A DNA stretch of 64,000 nucleotides from positions 124,001 through 188,000 of the forward strand of contig QPMI01000102.1 in assembly GCA_004431415.1 (NCBI GenBank), given 5' to 3'. The position numbers were made by a program, and so were the translations under genes. The notes below the pieces were generated by a model. It was not told the DNA's origin and did not search any database. It saw only the letters and a list, made by a program, of their open reading frames with translations. Positions 57,012-64,000 of the stretch are shown here, in pieces; within the stretch, counting starts at the first letter, position 1; the number at the start of each line of letters is the position of its first letter. The stretch comes from Cyanophora paradoxa CCMP329. Lineage: Eukaryota > Plantae > Glaucophyta.

Positions 57012-57750
57012 TCAGCTGCAATCGATATTATATTCACTGCCGATCCCCTGCAGCTGCAAGAACGGGCAGCAAGCAGGCCACTTTGTCGGGGATTTATCGG
57101 TGGAATAGCGAGACCTGTCCCAGACCCAGTCTCTGCAATAAACGCCCACGTCCTGCTTGGATGGCCGCCTCGCCGGGGGCAGCACGAACGGCACGTCGTC
57201 GCCGATCACCGTTGCAGTGGCCGAGCCCGGCGGGGACGTGCCGGCGCTGCTCGTGAGGGTTGCGTTGCATCTAATTTCACCCGCTGTCTTCGCAAGAAGG
57301 GTCACATCTGCCGCAACTTGCGACGTACGCGAGGGGAGGCTGTCCTCGAAATACGTCTGGATGGTCTGCTGCGTCGAGTACGCGGTGATGTGGGCCTCGA
57401 TGCGAGCGCGCGAGGAGAAGATTACATCGACGGTCGCCGTGCTGAAATAATCGTCGAAGTTGAAGTACCCGTCAGGAACAACCGAGGGACCGCAGACAAT
57501 ATTGGCAGTCGTGGGGACCGCATCGCCGCTCCACACGTTGAAGACGAAGACGCGCAGGGACTGCTGATATTGCCTGAACTGGCCCCAGTCCGTCGAAGTG
57601 ATGAATACAATGGGCTCCGCGGGCAGAGACTGGCGGAGAGGGACGAACGGTCCCCGAGCTCGCATCGATATCGGCGATGATCGTCGGCGCTGGCGAGACA
57701 CGGCCGATGAAGCGCACGCCCCTTTCTGCAGCTCCATTCACGTAGAACAT
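57012..57750 (-). CDS. Hypothetical protein (terminal exon; 5' part uncertain)
   Basis: 241-aa ORF with beta-rich, protein-like composition and a Cys-containing C-terminus. No family recognised. Confidence 0.4.
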
Positions 57751-58773
57751 TGATATGTTTTACATGTGCCGTGGTGTATCAATGCGACGTCCTTTTTTTG
57801 CGAAAACAAAGCTCGCCAAGTCGTTCGGTAGAGGTAGGTTCTAGGGGATACTTCGCCTGCGAAAAGCTGCTCGGGCCGCAACACTGTGACACGTTCAAGC
57901 TCACAGCGGGCTCCACCGGTTCACAGCGGGCGAGGCGGGGCGGGGCCGGAGCCCCCTCCAACCCCTCCGCCCCCAGCGCACCTCAGCGCTAGCGGAGCCC
58001 GGCGAAGCCCTTCGGAGCCCGCGGCCGGCGAAGCCCAGCGCTAGCGGCGCGTTGCAGCGGTACACAGCGGGCGGGGCAGGGGCAATAATCACGTCTCCAG
58101 AAATTCGGCATGCCTCACCAGACCGGCGTGCATCTGGACAGCGCGCCGCGCGCCCCACCCTCTGCCCCGCCCTACCAGGCCCAACAGGTTTCACAGCGGC
58201 CAGCCCGTTACCCCTTCCGAAGGACTTCGCAGGCGTAGATCTAGACGGACTGCGTGAGACAGTCGCCAATTCGTTCATTGGTGTACTATGTATACGTGAC
58301 GGCCATCGCCAGGGACTGGCAGGGCCGGGCGCCTCATGCCATGATCAGGGAGTTCGCTGCCATTCGAATATTATTTCGACAAGATTGTACATATTCATAT
58401 CGACTGATCTCAATCTAGATTGTATGGGAAGACTGATTATGATAGGAGCTGATCCGACAAAGCCAACGTCGACGTCGACGCCGATAAGGTTAGACGCCAA
58501 CTTTCGAGGTTTGCAAGATCGAGAAGATATGAAGTACGAAAGAAATGCTACGTTTACGGCAGAGAGAATGTAAATGTATCCATACAAACTTCGAGTCGAT
58601 TGAATTAACGTTAGAGATCGACTCGTAAACAGAAGAGAATTTCGAAAGTGTACGATTCGGAAAGCATGCCTTGCAACCGCACACGAATGTACTGCATTCG
58701 AGAGTAGGTCTTTCATGTAAAGCCTTGAATTTCACTGAACGTTGCAGCGGCCGGCCGTGCCGAAGACTGGGGC

Positions 58774-61700
58774 CTACACCTTGAGGCGGCTGAGGAAGCG
58801 CAGCTTCAGGGTGAAGAAGGGCGCCTTCTCCTTCCCGTGCGGTCCGTCCTCGAACTCGGCCGGCTGCAGCTGCTTGAGCTTGGCGCTCTGCCCGAGCCCG
58901 AGGGCGTTGGCGGGGTCGACCTTCCCGAAGTACAGCAGGTCCAGCAGATTTTGCAGCTGCGCCTTCGCCTGCGGATTCCAGGGCGCGCGCGCGCGCGTGA
59001 GCGCAGATGCAGATCTAGAGCTCCCAGCGCAGCAGAGGTCGCGCTGGCGCTTCTCGGGGCTGCCGATACTGCGGCGCGCACCAGGGCAATGTACAGTTCC
59101 TTGGTGCGACGGGAGAGGAGGCAGAAGGGCTTGATGTAGAGGGCGGGGAGGGTGGGCGGGTCCGCGTATAGTTGGGATTTCGGCATCTTTTCCAGGTCGT
59201 CCAGCTCCTCGTCCGACGGGGCGAGGCAGCCGGCGTTGATGAGGCGGCGGCAGAACTCCGCGTGCTTCGACTGCGCCAGCAGGTCTGCTCGCGGCGCCGG
59301 GATTGGGAATCGGTCAAAGATCACGAGAGGCGGGCGGCCGCGGGCGGAGGCAATTGCAAGACGCACATGGCAGCTCGGACATGATACGCTCCTTGTGCTT
59401 CTCGAAGCGCGCGGCGCTCTTCTCGTCGTCGGTGTTGGAGGCGCTCACGCGACCCAGGTGGTACCTGATTAAACTTCAATACGAGCGAGCAAGTTCATGC
59501 ATTCAAGGAGGCGAATCGGCGAGTCGCACCCGCAGGCGGCGATCTTGCGGAGGTACTCGACGGGGTCGTCCCAGCACATTGCCTTGAGGTACCGCCCCAT
59601 GGTGATCGCCGCCTGGTTGGTCCCCTCCTCGCTCCCGATCGAGTCGTCGGGGTTCTCCCTCGACTCCTCGACTAGATCGCTGTGCCCGAATTGAGGTAAC
59701 CGGTCAACTTAAATTCAAATGCTCAAATAGTAGTAAAGGGGATTAGAATTCGAAGCGGTGATATGCGCACAATTCATCCTTGACCTCCTCCGGGAGGTGG
59801 ACTGGCCCGTAGCGCTGCGGCCAGCGGGTCGCCTTGTTCCATTCAAACCAGTTCGAAGCCCACGTGAAGCGGATGTTCGGATTTTGTAGGGGGTCCGACG
59901 TCCAGACCGGCTTCAAAAAGGCGTTTTGTTTTTCCAGGCGCATTTCGGAATCCAAAAATATGAGGGGCCATTGCCAGACTCTGACTTGAAGCCTGCAAGA
60001 CAGTTGTGAATGATTGTGAACGACGACACTAGGAGAGACCTCCCGCCCCCTTTTCTACATACATGTTAGCTACATACATAACTATATAACCTTTAACATA
60101 GATATATAAGAGTTTGCCTGGACGTCTCTCCTCTCCGCATTTGTGGGCATGGCGTCCAAATACAATTGAAAATGCGCACCAGTTTTTCACTACGAAATCC
60201 ACGATCGCAGGGAAGCGGATGGCGGGGTCCTGCCCCGCGAACATTAACGTTAGCTGAAGTAATGTAATGAAGCTGAAGTTAGCTGTAATGTAATAACGTA
60301 ATGTTAATTAACGTTAGCTGAAGTAATGGCGACGATGCGCGCGTCGGCTCCACGATTGCATAATTTATAGTCAGCAGACCAGCGAGAGGCCGCGAATCTC
60401 GCGCGTGTCGATAGGGCGTGGGACGTAGTTCTTCGCCTCGGCTGCCTCGTCGACGTAGTCGAAGCACTCGAGCGAGAAATCTGACGAAGGGAATTTCAAT
60501 ATTCAGCGGCTCGACCTAGCTGAAGGAGCGCACCGAGGAACATGCGCTTCGTCTCGCGGGCCAGAGCGGCTGCGTCGATGCGGGTTCCCAGGATCCACTC
60601 CAGGAGACGGCCGATGAGAAAGGTGCGCCGAATCTCGGCCCCGGCGCGCGCCTCCCACTGCAGCAGCGCCTCCTGGCGCACGAGGTAGCAGAGCTGCGAG
60701 AATTTGTAGATTGATATTGTAATCAATTAATCATAATACAAGCTCCGGAAGGAAGTCGATCGGACCTCGTCGAATCGGAGAGCGTCTGGAAGGATGGATG
60801 TCCCGTGCATCTGCTTCAGCTTGTCGCGAAGCGCCGTGATCTTGTCGGACTTCTCGCGGATCTAGAGAGCGTAATTCTCATTTTAGATAAATGAAGACGC
60901 TGGCTTACAATTGGGTACCTTCACTTGAAGATTTAGAATATCTGCTTTCAATTCTTGGTTCAAGTTGTACTTGACATGCCACTTCGTTTTCGAATTCAAA
61001 TTCGAATTCGAGTTCTTCTTTGCTTCCTCGAGCGCGATCGCCTCCAGCTCGTTCAGCTTGTTCAATTGCGACTTTAAGTTCGCCTTCATCCTGATGCGTA
61101 CGAGATGAGCGTTAAGCCTTTCTGAAGCACGGCGAGTTCGAAGGCAGATAATGCAATTGCTCAGTTAAGAGAAATAATTTAAGTTGAAGGGGATTTAAGA
61201 CGTTTTGAATATATGAACGTAGAGCTGCGGGGCGACTCACTGGTCCAGTTCGATCTCGTCCTTGCCCACCTCCAAGACGGCGTTGACGGCCCACTGATCC
61301 AGATTTCCTACGACGCCCGCGCCGCTGACATTCACCCACGCGTCGGCGTGGCCGTCGACGTCTCCGGAGCCAAAGCTGTCGTTCTCGAACGTGAGGTCGC
61401 CCTCCGCCATCACTGCGTTCAGCCTGCGCGAGAATCAGATCAAGATCAAGAACACGGTCCATGTACTCCTCTGGCTTCAAATTCAGCGATTTGAAGGCAG
61501 GCGGCGCACTTCCACTCCTTCATCACGCGGTGGGCCTGCACGAGCCTTCCGATGAAACCCTCCAGCTGCATGTGCGTGCCCGCGGGTTAGACACATCACC
61601 ATCGCAGCAGCTCGCGCTCCGGATCCCCGGCCCGAGAATGTATTGCAGCGCACCTCTTCCTGAGATATGAGGTAGTGACGTGTCAACCGCCGCAGGAAGT

Positions 61701-62473
61701 GGCCCAGCCCGCGTCCGGCACGGTTGATTCCTTCAATACCGCTCCACTCGAGCTCTTTCTTGCGGCGCTGATTGAAATACGTTTCCCTGTTCCATGCAGA
61801 CCGAGGTTAGACAAGGGCAAGTCGCCACCACAAGCAAGTCTCGAACCTCGCCGCGTCCAGGGTCGGGGACATTGCAGTACGCTGGAACCAGGACTGCGAT
61901 AACGAATCGAGGGCGCGCGTCATGATCAGCTTGGCGGTGCGAATGCACGTGCAGACGACAGCGCGTGCGGACCCAGTGGAACGTCTTTGCTGCGAGCTCG
62001 AGCGTGAGGGCACCCTCTACTCCGAGCTGGAAAACGTTGGCGCTGTTAAGGCTGTACATGTCCCACGCGCGTCGCTGATGGCTGCCCTCCGGCTGCCCGC
62101 TCGCCATCGTCCGCGGTATTTCTCTCGAGCTCAGGCCGGCTCCGATCTCCAGGACCTCAAAGTCGATGAAGGCGCCGTGCTTGTTGATGCCGCGCTGCCA
62201 CACGCGAACGCGAGATGCGCGATTTAATTAGAATTCGAAGCCGACAGCATTCAACTTGGCAATTAGCCAAGCGACTGCAAGATTGCGCACGAAGACGGAA
62301 CGCAGGTGGATCTTCTTCTCCGCTTCGGAAAACAGCTCCGGGTTGCTCTGGTCTCGTCCCAAGCAGCAGCACAGGTACCTCCTCAGCTCGGTGCGCAGGC
62401 GCTTCCAGAAAGATTTTGACTGCTGGTCGCTAAGCGCCAGATCTTGTAGAAACGCCTCCGCTCCCTCGCTCAA
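58774..62473 (-). CDS. Orphan multi-exon gene or degenerate pseudogene
   Basis: Chain of minus-strand exon-like blocks bounded by AG/GT (e.g. LCYLVRQEALLQWE..., AITMGRYLKAMCWDDPVEYLRKIA, LLDLLYFGKVDP...LSRLKV*) separated by AT-richer gaps. Some blocks contain stops. Confidence 0.4.
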
Positions 62474-64000
62474 AACCTGGAAGTCGCGATCGACAAAACT
62501 TCAGAAGAACCTTCAGGAAGTCGACGAACTAAATTGTTCTAGAAAGCTGTTCTGGAAAGCTTAAAGAAGCTTCTACTGTTCTAAAATTGCAATTGATCTA
62601 ATATTAATTGTTCTAGAAGATTAAAAACCGTACGTCGAATATGAAGCGCATGTGGTGAGGCCGCCCGTTTGCGTACACGCTCCAAACATTGTAAAACTTC
62701 CCGGATGCATCGCCACATCGGTGGCCAGACCCCGTGGCAGGCTCTCCCTTGGAATTCGAAGCCAGATGTTCTTTTACTCGCCCCGTCCCTTGACTGCGAG
62801 CCTCTATTGGTATGAAAGGATTGCCTTCGTCATTCTTATCGACGAGAACTCCCGCCGGCGACGACCACGGGTTCGCGATGCCTCCACCGTAGAAAGGTTT
62901 ATCGTGGCGCGAGCTTACGTTGAACCAAATCTGCCGGATTGCGAGCATGAACACCCGAAGCAGTGCTCACATTTATGTTTCATTTGTATGTGCACGTGCG
63001 CGGACCCGGAAACGGTTCGGGCACGTGCATGTCTTTGATGCATCGGAGCCGGAGGCAGATTTGGGACCATGGCCACGAGCTCGTCCATTCTTTGGAAGGC
63101 TCACGCAATCCTGGACGCGATTCGAATTTGAGATTAAAGCGGTTAATGTACAATTCGAAATACATTTGAAATCGGCGTCAAGATTCAAATACGCACCAGG
63201 TACGAGTACGAATACTTACGGGGGCCGCTTCTGGCGGAGACCAGCGCTGAGGCGTGCTCGACGGGCTTATCCATGTGGCGGTGCGAATCTTTTCGGGCGT
63301 GTTGGACAAGACCAAATCCATCCGCTGTCACGACTGCGCGCTCGCGCAAGCTTTATGATAAGCTCAAGCTCGATCGCGAGCTAGCGCTCTAGAGCTTCGG
63401 ATCTCCTCGGCCTGAACGGATTTACCGTCTGGCAGAGATTTGGCAAACATCTGAAGGCCTGTGCGATTGACTGGTCGATTCCCTTTGAGTTCTGCCCCAC
63501 TCGTTGCCGATGTGGCAGTTGGATCGGCCCAGGTCACTTTCTCTAGGATCGTGGTCTGGAGCCCACGTGGTTTCGACGACAAAGTGATCCTGCAGGAATA
63601 AACTTAAGTATAGACCGATCGAGCGATAAGGAGCTCGAGAAAGCTTCTTACGTCGAGTAAAGAGCGTTGCCCATGGGCCATATCGGTCCTAGGGCCGTAT
63701 CATCAAAGGCATATATAGATAGAAGCTTAAGGCGCTAGCGCTGCAGCTGGGCCGGGGTTCCGATGGTACCATGCTCCTTGATCGTGTCCGACTCTTCCTG
63801 CATCTTCTCTTTCGTTTTCCTGGTGGCAAGCGGAAAGTAGGGGGTTGGAATTCAGCAAGACGCGCGTGCATGTGGAAAGGGGCATTCTCGCCGACCTGTA
63901 AATCTCCTCGTAGCTGCACCCAGGAAGAGAGCCACATTAAAATATTATTGAGACAGCGAAGGCAAGCATTCGAAGAATTCGGAAGGGTCGCGCCTCTTGT

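Overview
GC-rich, intron-dense eukaryotic DNA, probably from a photosynthetic alga/protist because it carries a plastid-type ABC1K3 kinase; the lineage cannot be fixed from the sequence. Host genes are the 3' end of a cofactor-independent phosphoglycerate mutase, a TPR/NUA nucleoporin head-to-head with a 2OG-Fe(II) oxygenase, a RING-finger gene, an ABC1K3-like kinase, a CotA/bilirubin-oxidase-like multicopper oxidase and several orphan spliced genes. The centre (15.6-40.6 kb) holds two young retroelements 133 bp apart. The first is a 5.5-kb Ngaro/PAT-type element with perfect split direct repeats (A1...B1-A2-B2), gag and RT/RNase H, but no tyrosine recombinase. The second is a 19.4-kb Ty3/Gypsy element with identical 301-bp LTRs, a non-canonical TG...GA terminus, no recognisable tRNA primer site, roughly 2,700 codons of sense-strand coding sequence of unknown function, and a 539-aa antisense ORF wedged between gag and pol. 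Host introns often use GC donors. All motif calls and alignments were made by eye.
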